Below are positions 49,370 to 59,303 of a DNA stretch of 64,000 nucleotides, piece by piece. The DNA lies in the IMG/VR virus record IMGVR_UViG_3300031787_000096, positions 2,866 to 66,865 of that record. One strand, written 5' to 3'. Every line of letters starts with the position of its first letter. Position 1 is the stretch's first letter. Below the pieces are notes generated by a model. It saw nothing but the letters and a program-made list of their open reading frames with translations, was not told where the DNA came from and did no database searches. A program made the translations under genes and the position numbers. The stretch comes from a virus.

Positions 49370-49470
49370 AGGTCAGCAGACCAGAGCCCGCCAGGGCTTC
49401 ACTGTATGGGCTCTGTCCTAAGAGCCGCAATCACAGGGGCTGTTAATTCCTAACCGGTCTCTCCCTGCGT

Positions 49471-50220
49471 TCAGAAGGGCCTGTGGGCGAGGCAGTAGCT
49501 GCTCCAGGCCGCCGCCCAGGCCGAGAGGCACTGCTCACGGCTGTAGAAGGTCCTGCAGGAGGCCTCGCCGGGCTTGCTCCAGATCGTCTGGCCCAGCTCG
49601 TAGTGGTTCCCCTGGGCGGCCTCCAGCACCATGTAGCCCCCCAGCTGGGCGGCGGTGGAATAGGGCCGGCCGTGGGCCGAGAGGGTCTTGAGGTCGTAGA
49701 GCACCCGCACTTCGCGTCCCCGCCGCTCGCTCAGTGCCGGTGAGACGTAGGCGCCATCGAAGGCCCCAGCCACGTTGCGGGTCAGGCAGCAGGTCAGCCG
49801 CTCGCTGGCGATCACCTGAACTTCATCCCAGAGCGGCAGCTGCAGCAGCGGCAGGATCCAGTCCCGGTACTGGTGATGGCCCGGCAGCTGCTCCACATCC
49901 AGCAGGGCATCGGCGGCGCTCCGGCCCACCAGGAAGCGGGCCTGGGTGTAGTGCTCCAGGGCCGCGTGCACCGTGACGCCGCGCGGTTCCCAGATCGCTC
50001 GCTTGGCCTCGATCGCCCGTTTGGCGGTGTCGTTCAGGCCATGGGCCAGCACGCCGGTGATCGACACCGGGAACAGGTGATCGCCGAGCCAGTACCGGTG
50101 CGCCGCCTCGTCCCGCCAGAGGCTGGGGATGGGCTCAAGCCAGGTGGTGGCGGAGTGGACGGCCACGGGCTCAGGCCATCCGGGTGCAAGTGGTTTGGCC
50201 GCCTTCTCGCATGAAACCAA
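49471..50220 (-). CDS. PD-(D/E)xK RecB/Cas4-like exonuclease
   Basis: SITGVL, RGVTVH, SE, AGAFD, DLKT, QLGGY. Confidence 0.8.
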   Translation of the reverse strand: MVSCEKAAKPLAPGWPEPVAVHSATTWLEPIPSLWRDEAAHRYWLGDHLFPVSITGVLAHGLNDTAKRAIEAKRAIWEPRGVTVHAALEHYTQARFLVGRSAADALLDVEQLPGHHQYRDWILPLLQLPLWDEVQVIASERLTCCLTRNVAGAFDGAYVSPALSERRGREVRVLYDLKTLSAHGRPYSTAAQLGGYMVLEAAQGNHYELGQTIWSKPGEASCRTFYSREQCLSAWAAAWSSYCLAHRPF

Positions 50221-50367
50221 AGCCAGTGCCGGGGTTCTCTCGGATGTAGGCCCTGGCCAACCGCATCACCAGCTCACGGGGCAGGTCAACGGCGAACTGC
50301 TGGCCCACGGCCAGGCAGTCAAAGGGCAGGTCGTGATGCGACATGTCAGCAGGGTAAGCGGAATCGG

Positions 50368-50630
50368 GATCCAACGATCCAACATCGATCTAACGGTCGA
50401 GTGTTAGATCGAAAACCCTTGCCGCCACTACGGTCTGACCACCCCTCTAACAATCAAACATCTATTTCAATAGAGATAGATATGAGAGGGGGTCTCTCTG
50501 GTGCGCACACGCACTATGTGTCTATGGGGGTGTATCGGCTGGGACAAGCGTTAGATCGTTAGACTTCCTAAGATCTCCTGTGCCGCAATCGTTTTCGGGC
50601 TAACGATCGCTGTTGGAGGGCTGTTCGATC
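50368..50630. repeat. putative replication origin with GATCYAAC/GTTAGATC iterons
   Basis: GATCCAAC twice; TCGATCTAAC 50385-50394 and GTTAGATCGA 50403-50412 inverted; GTTAGATCGTTAGA at about 50550; AT-richer core; directly downstream of the primase. Confidence 0.7.
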
Positions 50631-53346
50631 AAACGTTTTCCAGGTCAGCGGCATCAATGGGCACCATGACGCAGCGTTTGGTCCCGATCCCTGCGAAGTG
50701 GACCACACGCTTGGGGAGATAGGCACCGTCGATCCGTCTGAGCGCGGAGCGGTGAGCACCACCACTCCAGGGGGTACTGCGGAGCACGTGGTCGAGCTGG
50801 GCGTTGGCGTTGGCGACCGCCAGGAAATGCCCCTCGGTGCGCTCTCCATCCGGCAGGGGCTGGCAAGCGCGGAACACCCGCAGGCCGTAGCGGCCAAGCA
50901 CCGGCACCAGCCGGTCCCAGATGGTGCCGGCGAGTGACTCCTGCAACGCGACGCAGCGAACCATCTCCCCGAAGGAGGCCTCGGCCCCGATGTCGTACCG
51001 CACGATCTGCTGGAGGATGGTGTCGCGGCACTTGATCTCATCGGCCTCGGTGTGATCTGGCTGCTGGTGCTGCCAGTCCATCTGGTCCAGCCACTGGTCC
51101 GCCATCACCAGGTTGAGGTGGCCGCCGCCTGCTGCCTCCAGGCTCCAGGCCCCGGCCAGCAGGGTGCCGTGCTGATCCCCGAAGCGCTGACCAAAGCGCC
51201 GGCCAAGGGCCTGGGCCAGGACGCGGGCGTTTTCGATGATGAAGGGCAGATGCTGCAGGGTGCGATGGATCAGCGCTCTGCCGTTGTCGATCGTGGCGAC
51301 TGTTGCGATCTCGCGCTCGAAGTCCAGCCACTCGCTTTTATCCATCGGGTCCTTGCGCAGGCCGAGCACACAGAACCGGTCGATGTCGGCCTTCTGAATC
51401 AGCGACACGTTGATCGAGGAGACGCAGAACATCGAGCGGATCTCGAAGCTGTTCGCGCCGCCGGAGGTGGTGCCTTTGTAGATCTTGCCGCCCTCTGAGC
51501 TGGCGATACGGGCCAGGGCCAGCACGTTCTGAACGATCAGCTTGTCCTTCTGCTCGTTCTGCTCAAACTCATCGAAGACCACCGGGATGGCGTCGGACTT
51601 GAGGGTGCCGCGCAGGCCGGCCTCGGTGGTGCCGCCCGTGGCGGATTGGACAACGCCACCCAGCAGGGGCCGGAGGAACAACTTGAGGATGGTGGTCTTG
51701 CCGGTGCCGGCCCCACCGGTGAGCCAGATGTGGGGACGCCAGTTCAGGGCGCCGCAGACGGGGGCCAGCACCAGCCAGCCGAGGAGGAAGTGCGCGGAGG
51801 CGGGCATCTCCCAGCGAAAACGCTCGGCGATGTAGCGGATCTGCATCGCGTCGGCATCGGGCAGGGGCAGATCGCCAGGGCCGTCGAGGTGACGGGCCTG
51901 CTCGTAGAAGAAGCGGGACGCTGGCGGCTGCAGAACGGAGCAGGGGCGGCCGTCCACGTTGAGGCGATCGCCGAGGTGAAAGATGACGCGACCCTCATCC
52001 AGCCAGGCGCCACGGCCGCGCACCCGCTCGGGGTCATAGACGCCGATGCTGGCCTGCTGCTCGAACAGATCCGAGGCTGCAGCAGCCCAGTTGATGCCGG
52101 TCCTGCTGGGGTAGAGCGTCTCCCAGTAGCTGAGGGCGGCGAGCGCGACGAGGTTGGTGGCGGTGTGGGCGCTGCGCGAGAGGCGCATCACCTGACCGGT
52201 GTTGTGCGGTTGGTAGTAGTAGGAGTCGCCGTCAAAACCCAGGCAGAGGAAGGGCGCTGCCGATCTGGGTGCTGTCGGTCCAGGGGGAGGCGGAGCGTCA
52301 TCACCGCTGCCAGCGGCACCGGTGACTGGTGGAGTCCATGGCTGAGCTGCTTTCGCCAGCTGCCTTGCGGCCTGCCGGGGCGTCCAGTCGGCATCGGCCA
52401 GGTCCCAGCCCTGGGGCAGGTCCGCCGGTGGGTCCACCAGCTGCACCCGGCAGCCCTGCTCGCTCAACAGAGCGGCCAGCCGCGCCATGGCCTTGCGGCC
52501 GGGCGCGTCGGCATCGGGCCAGAGCGTCACCGCCCGCCCCGCCAGCCCCAGTGGGGCCAGCGGCTGCCAGTCGGCCTTGGCGATGGCGTTGGTGCCGTTG
52601 GCCCAGCTGATCACCACGTGCTCGGGAAACAGCTTGGCGGCGGCATCGGCGGTGCCCTCCCCTTCCACGACCAGCACCGGTGCCTCGGGCCGTTCGCTTA
52701 GGCCCGGCAGGCCGTAGAGCGGCCGCGGTGCTGGCCACTCGCAGGAGAAGGGATCGCGGCGGCTGGGCCGATGCCAGCCACCATCGAGCCACACCCGATG
52801 CAGAAAGGCCTTGCGGCCCTTGCCGCCCAGGCAGAGGCGCTGAATCCAGAACAGCTGGTTGCCTGCCGCATCGCGGTAGCACCACTGGGCGATGGCACCC
52901 TGATCGACGAGCGGTGGGGAGGCGTCAGCCGGTGGGATTTCCGGTTGTCGCCAGGGCCGGCTGCCGTGGCCGGGAAGGCCGGTGACAGAAGAGGGGCTGC
53001 CGCCGGTGCCGGTGCTCACCGGCTGGGGCCGATGCCGCCCGCTCCCGCCTGGCTCCAGGCCCAGGTGGCGCTCCACCTCCTCGCAGGCCTGGCGAAAACT
53101 CCAGCGCCGCACCCGCATCAGCAGGTCGATGCCGGTGCCACCACCACCGAGGTGGTCCTTGCCGCCGCACTGGTTGCAGAACCAGGAGCCGTTGCCGTCC
53201 CGGTCGTCAAAGCGGAAGCGGTCCCGCCCGCCGCAGGCCGGACAGGGCTGGTGGCGATTGCTGAGCTGCTCAGCGCGCAGCCCCGCCAACGCCTCGAGGA
53301 TCTCCCGCCAGCGGCCTGAGGCCGCCGTGAGCACGTCGGTTGTCAT
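50629..53346 (-). CDS. P4 alpha-like primase-helicase (Zn ribbon, TOPRIM, P-loop)
   Basis: CPACGGRDRFRFDD..CNQCG, VVEGE..ADA, WPDAD, GWDLAD, GGAGTGKT, FDEFE. Confidence 0.9.
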   Translation of the reverse strand: MTTDVLTAASGRWREILEALAGLRAEQLSNRHQPCPACGGRDRFRFDDRDGNGSWFCNQCGGKDHLGGGGTGIDLLMRVRRWSFRQACEEVERHLGLEPGGSGRHRPQPVSTGTGGSPSSVTGLPGHGSRPWRQPEIPPADASPPLVDQGAIAQWCYRDAAGNQLFWIQRLCLGGKGRKAFLHRVWLDGGWHRPSRRDPFSCEWPAPRPLYGLPGLSERPEAPVLVVEGEGTADAAAKLFPEHVVISWANGTNAIAKADWQPLAPLGLAGRAVTLWPDADAPGRKAMARLAALLSEQGCRVQLVDPPADLPQGWDLADADWTPRQAARQLAKAAQPWTPPVTGAAGSGDDAPPPPGPTAPRSAAPFLCLGFDGDSYYYQPHNTGQVMRLSRSAHTATNLVALAALSYWETLYPSRTGINWAAAASDLFEQQASIGVYDPERVRGRGAWLDEGRVIFHLGDRLNVDGRPCSVLQPPASRFFYEQARHLDGPGDLPLPDADAMQIRYIAERFRWEMPASAHFLLGWLVLAPVCGALNWRPHIWLTGGAGTGKTTILKLFLRPLLGGVVQSATGGTTEAGLRGTLKSDAIPVVFDEFEQNEQKDKLIVQNVLALARIASSEGGKIYKGTTSGGANSFEIRSMFCVSSINVSLIQKADIDRFCVLGLRKDPMDKSEWLDFEREIATVATIDNGRALIHRTLQHLPFIIENARVLAQALGRRFGQRFGDQHGTLLAGAWSLEAAGGGHLNLVMADQWLDQMDWQHQQPDHTEADEIKCRDTILQQIVRYDIGAEASFGEMVRCVALQESLAGTIWDRLVPVLGRYGLRVFRACQPLPDGERTEGHFLAVANANAQLDHVLRSTPWSGGAHRSALRRIDGAYLPKRVVHFAGIGTKRCVMVPIDAADLENV

Positions 53347-53361
53347 GGGTGTCGCTGCAGC

Positions 53362-53556
53362 TCAACGACGCTCAGCAGCTGCCGACAACACAGGCCCTGG
53401 CACGGCCGAAGCGCGCGTCTCTGCTGCGATCGCGGCGTCGATCACCTGGCGCAACACCGCCGAGCGACTGAGGGTGCCATGCAGGCGGCGCTGGTCAAGC
53501 CAAGCCAGCTGCGCCTCGGTGATGGAGACGCTCAGGGGAGGCGCGAAGGAGGCCAT
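53362..53556 (-). CDS. ribbon-helix-helix (CopG-like) regulator
   Basis: LSVSITEAQLAWLD...SRSAVLRQVID. Confidence 0.75.
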   Translation of the reverse strand: MASFAPPLSVSITEAQLAWLDQRRLHGTLSRSAVLRQVIDAAIAAETRASAVPGPVLSAAAERR

Positions 53557-53659
53557 GGATGCCTGGAGTTCTGAGCACACCCTAAGCGCACCCGGCAGGG
53601 CTTGATAAGTTAGACATTGCTGAGGTCTTCTGCCCAGCGCAAAGCCTGCCGTCACGCCA

Positions 53660-55075
53660 ATGGCCCCGATCGTCCTGCGCGACTATCAGCAGCAGCTGCT
53701 GGCCGACCTCCGCGCTGCCCTCAAGATCCACCGCCGGGTCTGTGCGGTGATGCCCACCGGTGCGGGCAAGGGCCAGACCATCGGCGCCATCGTCCAGGGC
53801 GCGGCCGGCAAGGGCCGGCGGGTGCTGGTGCTCGCCCACCGGGCCGAGCTGATCGAGCAGCTCACCGGAACTGTGCGTGCCTGGGGGCTGGAGCCTGACG
53901 TGATCGCTCCTGGCCAAACGCTGCAGGGACGGCAGGTCGCCGTGGGCTCGGTGCAGACCGTCGCCCGGCGGCTTGAACTGCTGCCGCCGCCGGATCTGAT
54001 CATTCAGGACGAGGCCCACCACCTGGTCGCCGGCAACGTCTGGGGCCGGATCATCGAGGCCTGGCCGGGCGCCCATCTGATCGGCAAAACCGCCACCCCG
54101 GAACGCCTCGACGGCAAGGGGTTGGGAGTAGAGGCCGGCGGCTATTTCGAGGCCCTGGTGCTGGGTCCCTCAGCGGGCTGGCTGGTCGAAGAGGGCTGGC
54201 TGGCAAAACCCCGAGTCTTCTCCTGGCCAGGTGCCAGGAACAGCAAGCTCCGCCGCCGCATGGGCGAGTTCGACCTGGAGCAGGCGGCACGCGCCTACGG
54301 GGACCGGGCCGCCATCGGCGATGCGGTGTCGCACTACCGCCGCCGGCTTCACCCAGGCACCGCCATCTGTTTTTGCTGCACGATCGACCATGCCGAGCAG
54401 ATGGCCTCGGCTTTCCGCGCTGCGGGAATCCGGGCCGCGGCGGTGAGCGGCGGTACCCCAGCCGAGGAACGCAAACGCCTGATCGCCGGGCTCGGTACCG
54501 GCGAGGTGGAAGTGCTCAGCAGCTGCATGATCATTTCCGAGGGCACCGACATCCCCTCAGTCGGCGGCGCGATCCTGATGCGCCCCACAGCCTCCCTGAG
54601 CCTCTACTTGCAGATGGTCGGCCGGGCCCTGAGGCCCGCGCCGGGGAAGCAGGAGGCGGTGATCCTCGATCACGTCGGCAATGCCCATCGCCACGGCCTG
54701 CCGACCGATGAGCGCGAGTGGAACCTGGCCGGCCGCCGCCGGCGGGTAGGCGTCTCGATTCCGATCAAGGACTGCTCGGTCTGCTTCTGCAGCTGTCCCA
54801 GCGCTGCGCAGGTTTGCCCCGACTGCGGCCACCTGTTCCTCGCCGAAGAACGGGATGAGCAGCGCCGCGGGTTGCAGCAGCTGGAGGGCGAGCTGGTTGA
54901 AGTGACGGGCGCCGCCCGCCACCGGCCCAAACCCAACCAGCAGCAGCGGCCCCGGCGCACGCACCCGGCAGCCGGCTGCAAGACCTTCGAGCAGCTGCTG
55001 CAGCGCGAGCAGGAGCGCGGCTACAAGCCGGGCTGGGCCAGGCATGTGTGGGCCGCCCGGCAACGCAGCGCATAG
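53660..55075 (+). CDS. SF2 DEAD/DEAH helicase with Zn ribbon (RadD/UvsW-like)
   Basis: LRDYQ, PTGAGK, DEAHH, TATP, QMVGRALR, CxxC..CPDCG, GYKPGW. Confidence 0.9.
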   Translation: MAPIVLRDYQQQLLADLRAALKIHRRVCAVMPTGAGKGQTIGAIVQGAAGKGRRVLVLAHRAELIEQLTGTVRAWGLEPDVIAPGQTLQGRQVAVGSVQTVARRLELLPPPDLIIQDEAHHLVAGNVWGRIIEAWPGAHLIGKTATPERLDGKGLGVEAGGYFEALVLGPSAGWLVEEGWLAKPRVFSWPGARNSKLRRRMGEFDLEQAARAYGDRAAIGDAVSHYRRRLHPGTAICFCCTIDHAEQMASAFRAAGIRAAAVSGGTPAEERKRLIAGLGTGEVEVLSSCMIISEGTDIPSVGGAILMRPTASLSLYLQMVGRALRPAPGKQEAVILDHVGNAHRHGLPTDEREWNLAGRRRRVGVSIPIKDCSVCFCSCPSAAQVCPDCGHLFLAEERDEQRRGLQQLEGELVEVTGAARHRPKPNQQQRPRRTHPAAGCKTFEQLLQREQERGYKPGWARHVWAARQRSA

Positions 55076-55149
55076 TCGGTGTGCAGTCGAGCAGCGGCCG
55101 GAGGCCTTAGCGTTGACAGCAGTGCTGTCAGTGCAAGCGGGAGTCGCCC

Positions 55150-55422
55150 ATGGCCACCCTCACCATCCGCAACCTCGACGAGCGCACCAAGACCCAGCTG
55201 CGCATCCAAGCGGCCCGCCATGGACGATCTATGGAGGAGGAAGCGCGCACGATCCTCCGCTCTGCCATCGAAACCCGGCAGCCCGTCGCTGGGGGTAAGG
55301 GCCTGGGCAGTCGCATCCATGAGCACTTCGCCCAGCTCGGTGGCGTGGAGCTGGAGCTGCCCGAGCGCTCCTCCCTACCAACACCAGCCGAATTCGGCAG
55401 TGATGCGGAGCTTGCGCGCTGA
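55150..55422 (+). CDS. fitA: FitA-like RHH antitoxin
   Basis: MATLTIRNLDE...HGRSMEEEARTIL. Confidence 0.88.
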   Translation: MATLTIRNLDERTKTQLRIQAARHGRSMEEEARTILRSAIETRQPVAGGKGLGSRIHEHFAQLGGVELELPERSSLPTPAEFGSDAELAR

Positions 55423-55448
55423 GGACACCTGGTCAAGCAAGGGGAGGG

Positions 55449-55877
55449 TTGGCCGTGATCGTGCTCGACACCAATGTGATCTCGGAGCTGATGCGCCCGC
55501 AGCCAGAGCCACGGGTGCTGGCCTGGGCCGATGGCCTCGATCCAGAGGCGGTGGCGATCACGGCGATGAACGAGGCCGAAATCCTGCATGGCCTGGCCCG
55601 GCTGCCGGATGGCCGCCGCAAGCAGCGACTGCAGCAGAGCTGGGATGCGCTGGCAGCCGAGCTGTTCGCGGGCCGGATCTGGCCCTTCACCAGCGAAGCG
55701 GCCCACTGGTATGGCGAACTGCTGCGGCGACGCGAACGGCTGGCCCGGCCAATGGCCACAGCGGATGCGGTGATCGCGGCCACGGCGCTAGCCCATGGAG
55801 TTCCCCTGGCCACCAGAGACACGGCCGACTTCGCGGAGATCGGCCTGGAGTTGATCAATCCCTGGGACGTCCCCTGA
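55449..55877 (+). CDS. vapC: PIN-domain toxin (VapC/FitB)
   Basis: IVLDTNVISE, DAVIAATA, LATRD..DF, INPW. Confidence 0.92.
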   Translation: MAVIVLDTNVISELMRPQPEPRVLAWADGLDPEAVAITAMNEAEILHGLARLPDGRRKQRLQQSWDALAAELFAGRIWPFTSEAAHWYGELLRRRERLARPMATADAVIAATALAHGVPLATRDTADFAEIGLELINPWDVP

Positions 55878-56108
55878 GCCGCCCTGGCCTTTGCACCTCC
55901 AGCCGCATGGTCTGGATGGCTGCCACCGCGCTAGAGCTCTGCTCGGGCAGGGATTCCCTCAGGGCCCCGAGCCGGGGCAAGAGGTCGCGCAGCGAGCGGC
56001 GCGGCACCAGTTGCGCAATGGCCATGCCGCGGCCAACCATCGCCAGCCGCGATTGCGAAGGGGAAAGCAGCGAAGGCTGCCAGGCTGGCAGTTGAAGCGA
56101 TTGAGACC

Positions 56109-57062
56109 ATGCAGCAGCTTCCAGAGCCGCAGGCCCCTGCCAGGCCACCGCATCGCTATGGCGTGCTGGGCACCGGTGCGGTGGGGGCGCTTTATGGCAG
56201 CCGGCTATGGCAGGCGGGCCATCCAGTGCGGTTCTGCATGCGGAGCGACCTGGAGGCCGGCCTGGCCCAGGGGCTGCGGGTGCAGTCGCCCACCTGGGGC
56301 GATGTGACCGTGCCCCCCGAGCATCTCTGCGGGAGTGCGGCTGAGCTCGGCCCGCTGGATGGTCTGCTGGTGGCGCTCAAAACCACGTCCAATGGCGATC
56401 TGTCGGCGCTGTTGGCAGCCATGGAAACACCGCCGCGCTGGATTGTGATGCTGCAGAACGGCCTGGGAAGCGAGGAACAGGCCGCAAAGGCGGAACCCCG
56501 CGCCGAGCTGCTGGCGGGGGTATGCGATGTGGCCTGTTCGCGGCTGGCGCCTGCCACGGTGCGGCATTTTGGCCATGGCCTGGTGCATCTCGCGCCCCTG
56601 TCGCGCACCCCGGCAGGCGATCAGGCTTGCGCTGCCGTGGCGGCAGATCTGGCGGCGGCGGGGGTGCCGATCGATCGCAGCGAATCACTGGCCACGATTC
56701 GCTGGCGCAAGCTGGTGTGGAACATCGCTTTCTCCGGCCTCTGCGTGGTGAGCGGCCAGCACACGCTGGAGGTGATGGCAGATCCAGAACTGCGCAGGCG
56801 CCTGGAGCTGGTGATGCGGGAGGTGATCCAGGCGGCGAATGCCGAGGGGGCGCCCCTGACATCCGATGTGATCGACGATTTCCTCGCCCGCACCGCCGCC
56901 ATGCCTAGCTATGCCCCGAGCATGCAGCTCGACGCCGAGGCCGGCAGAGCGATGGAACTCGAGGCGATCTACCGGATCCCCCTGGAGCGCGCCCAGCGCC
57001 ATGGCGTGGCCATGCCCGAGACAACCCGGCTGCTGCAGGAGCTGGAAGTGCTGGGAGCCTGA
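56109..57062 (+). CDS. panE: 2-dehydropantoate 2-reductase (ketopantoate reductase family)
   Basis: GTGAVG..YG, LQNGLG, WRKLVWN, PSMQLD, ELEAI. Confidence 0.85.
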   Translation: MQQLPEPQAPARPPHRYGVLGTGAVGALYGSRLWQAGHPVRFCMRSDLEAGLAQGLRVQSPTWGDVTVPPEHLCGSAAELGPLDGLLVALKTTSNGDLSALLAAMETPPRWIVMLQNGLGSEEQAAKAEPRAELLAGVCDVACSRLAPATVRHFGHGLVHLAPLSRTPAGDQACAAVAADLAAAGVPIDRSESLATIRWRKLVWNIAFSGLCVVSGQHTLEVMADPELRRRLELVMREVIQAANAEGAPLTSDVIDDFLARTAAMPSYAPSMQLDAEAGRAMELEAIYRIPLERAQRHGVAMPETTRLLQELEVLGA

Positions 57063-57100
57063 GGAGCACCAACAAGTAAGCGTGCCCGGCAACAGGAGGC

Positions 57101-57478
57101 ATGGCCTCCTACCCCAGCGAACACGAGATTCAGCAGCGCATCCGCCTGGCCTGCGGCCGCGGGGCCGTGCGGCTCTGGAGGAACAACACCGGTGCCCTTG
57201 TCGACCAGCAGGGGCGGTTCGTGCGCTTTGGGCTGTGCAAGGGCAGCAGCGACCTGATCGGCCTGCGCTCGCTGGAGATCACGCCGGAGATGGTCGGCCA
57301 GCGGCTCGCCCAGTTCGTTGCCCTGGAGGTCAAGACCGCCAGTGGAGTCGTCAGCCCTGAGCAGCGCGCGTTCCTGCGCCTCGTGCAGGAGCTCGGTGGC
57401 GTGGCGGCGGTCTGCCGCTCTGTGGAGGAGGCCGAGCAGCTGCTTGGCAGCCCGAGGCAAGTGCTGCTGGGACACTGA
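57101..57478 (+). CDS. VRR-NUC nuclease
   Basis: SEHEIQ, LWRNNTG, GSSDLIG, ALEVK, SPEQRAF, GGVA. Confidence 0.88.
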   Translation: MASYPSEHEIQQRIRLACGRGAVRLWRNNTGALVDQQGRFVRFGLCKGSSDLIGLRSLEITPEMVGQRLAQFVALEVKTASGVVSPEQRAFLRLVQELGGVAAVCRSVEEAEQLLGSPRQVLLGH

Positions 57479-57642
57479 TGGATCCGGCAGAACTGCAGCA
57501 GCGGCTGAGGCGTCTCGCCAAGGCCCACCCAGGCGAGCACCCCTACACCCTTGCGCTGAGATTGCAGGCAGAGACAGGGAAGGTGATCACCGGGCAGCTT
57601 GCCAAGCAGATCCTGCAGAAGCTCGGACAGGATCAGACCTGA
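57478..57642 (+). CDS. small helical hypothetical protein (54 aa, not in the ORF track)
   Basis: MDPAELQQRLRRLAKAHPGEHPYTLALRLQAETGKVITGQLAKQILQKL; TGATG coupling. Confidence 0.55.
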   Translation: MDPAELQQRLRRLAKAHPGEHPYTLALRLQAETGKVITGQLAKQILQKLGQDQT

Positions 57643-57722
57643 TATGCCAGGACGTGTCAGGAAGTGACTAGGAGTGCCAAGTTTGCCGTATGGTTCGGGA
57701 AATCCCATTCAGGATCCTGAAC

Positions 57723-58442
57723 GTGGCCATCACCTACGCGGAGCTGCTGGAGCGCCAGGAGGAGAACCGCGCAGCGTTCGGTCGGATGCTGCTGAACTGG
57801 CGAAGAACCAACGGCTGGACCCAGTACACCGCCTGCAGCTGGGCGGAAGAGGCCGGCTTCGATGCGATCTCCTACGGCAACCTCTCGGTGATCGAGCAGG
57901 GCAAGGCTGGCGAGCTGCGCCAGAAGGCCTTCTGGCAGCTGGGCGAGCTGAACCGCCGCATCGCCGAGAAGGACTGGGGGCCGGTCAAGAGCCAGGCGAT
58001 CAAGGACAAGCTCGAGAACGCCATCCCGCTGGGCGACGACGAGTGCCCAGCCTGGACGCCGCTGGAGCTCTGGGCCTGCTACTGCGGCCTGAGGGAGGTG
58101 CCGGAAGCGTTCCAGACCACCCCCGCGCCGACCGTTGGTCAGCGCAAAGCCACGGAGCTCTCGGCCAAGTGGCGCAACCAGATGCGCCGGGTTGTCGATG
58201 AATGCGGCCTTGAGCCCAGCGACGCCCTCAATTCCCTGGCGGTCGAGGCCAGCGAAGAGCACCGCAAGCGCTTCTTTGCAGTGCTCACGGGCTTCGGCGA
58301 CTACAAGCCGGAGGAGCTGGCCCCGCTGTGGATCGAGGGCGACATCTATCTGCCCAAGCGCTGGCTGGACCAGTGGGAGGCCGCCAACAAAAAGGACACC
58401 AAGCCCAGCGGCCGCAAAGGCAAGAAGCCAGTCACAGCCTGA
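57723..58442 (+). CDS. XRE-family HTH regulator (repressor candidate)
   Basis: FGRMLLNWRRTNGWTQ...ISYGNLSVIEQGK. Confidence 0.7.
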   Translation: MAITYAELLERQEENRAAFGRMLLNWRRTNGWTQYTACSWAEEAGFDAISYGNLSVIEQGKAGELRQKAFWQLGELNRRIAEKDWGPVKSQAIKDKLENAIPLGDDECPAWTPLELWACYCGLREVPEAFQTTPAPTVGQRKATELSAKWRNQMRRVVDECGLEPSDALNSLAVEASEEHRKRFFAVLTGFGDYKPEELAPLWIEGDIYLPKRWLDQWEAANKKDTKPSGRKGKKPVTA

Positions 58443-58532
58443 TGGCTAGGAATTAACAGCCGCTGTGAGTGCGGCTTCCAGCAAAGAGCCCTAAGATCCG
58501 GATCAGCGGGCAACCGCCCGATCTGATCCGTC

Positions 58533-59303
58533 ATGGCTCCACCCCCCAGGCCTCCAGAGGCCGCCATTGAGGCGCCCCCGGCCGTCCCGGCCGACGCCAC
58601 ACCCGAGCAACAGCTCACCCATGCCCTGGCCAGCTTTCAGGCCGAGGTGCGCCCCATCGCCTCCGCCGATCTGGCGGCGGTGGTGCACTCAGCCCGTCCC
58701 GCCTTCCGCCGCGGAATCGGCTGGTCCGCTCACCTGCGCGAGCAGCAAGGCCGCTCCAGGCTGCAGGTCACGGTGATGCATGTCGCCGGGGCCGAGCTCT
58801 GCAGCGAGTCCTGGGCTGACGAGGCCAATGATCTGGCCGAAACCACCGGCCTGATGTTGGCCATGCTGCTGGGCATTCCTGTGTCCGCTCAGGCTCGGGC
58901 TGTACAGCCCAATGCAAATGTAGAAGAGCAGATGGCTGAAAAGTCTGATGTGGATCCTGCGCAGCAGGCTTGCCTCGATCAGCAGTCAGCAAGCCCGTCT
59001 GCTGAGGAGCCAGTCCCCTTGGCTCACACCAGCGATGACGGCACTTCTGCAGACGGTGATCCAGCACTGGCTCCCCTCACCCCTGAGGAGGTCAGCGAGG
59101 TCCGCCGCCGTGTGCTCGACCTGTCCCAGGCCGCCCGTCAGGAGCTGACCAAGGCCTTCCGCGAGCACTTCCAGGTGCCGCGCAATGCCCGCTCCATCGG
59201 GGATCGCATCACCCAGCGCCAGCACAGCGACTTCATCGCGCTCTTCCTCGAAGAAGCGCAGGGTCAGGTGCAGCCCGAGCCTGCTGCGGAGCCAAGCCCA
59301 TGA
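58533..59303 (+). CDS. ERF-like single-strand annealing protein (divergent)
   Basis: ALASFQ..ADLAAVV..ARP...GI...VTVMHVAG; C-terminal domain shared with 3-377. Confidence 0.55.
   Translation: MAPPPRPPEAAIEAPPAVPADATPEQQLTHALASFQAEVRPIASADLAAVVHSARPAFRRGIGWSAHLREQQGRSRLQVTVMHVAGAELCSESWADEANDLAETTGLMLAMLLGIPVSAQARAVQPNANVEEQMAEKSDVDPAQQACLDQQSASPSAEEPVPLAHTSDDGTSADGDPALAPLTPEEVSEVRRRVLDLSQAARQELTKAFREHFQVPRNARSIGDRITQRQHSDFIALFLEEAQGQVQPEPAAEPSP

Noticed and set aside
49471-50220. Cas4-like nuclease as evidence of a CRISPR system
   Set aside because: No repeat-spacer array or other cas genes; ordinary phage exonuclease context.
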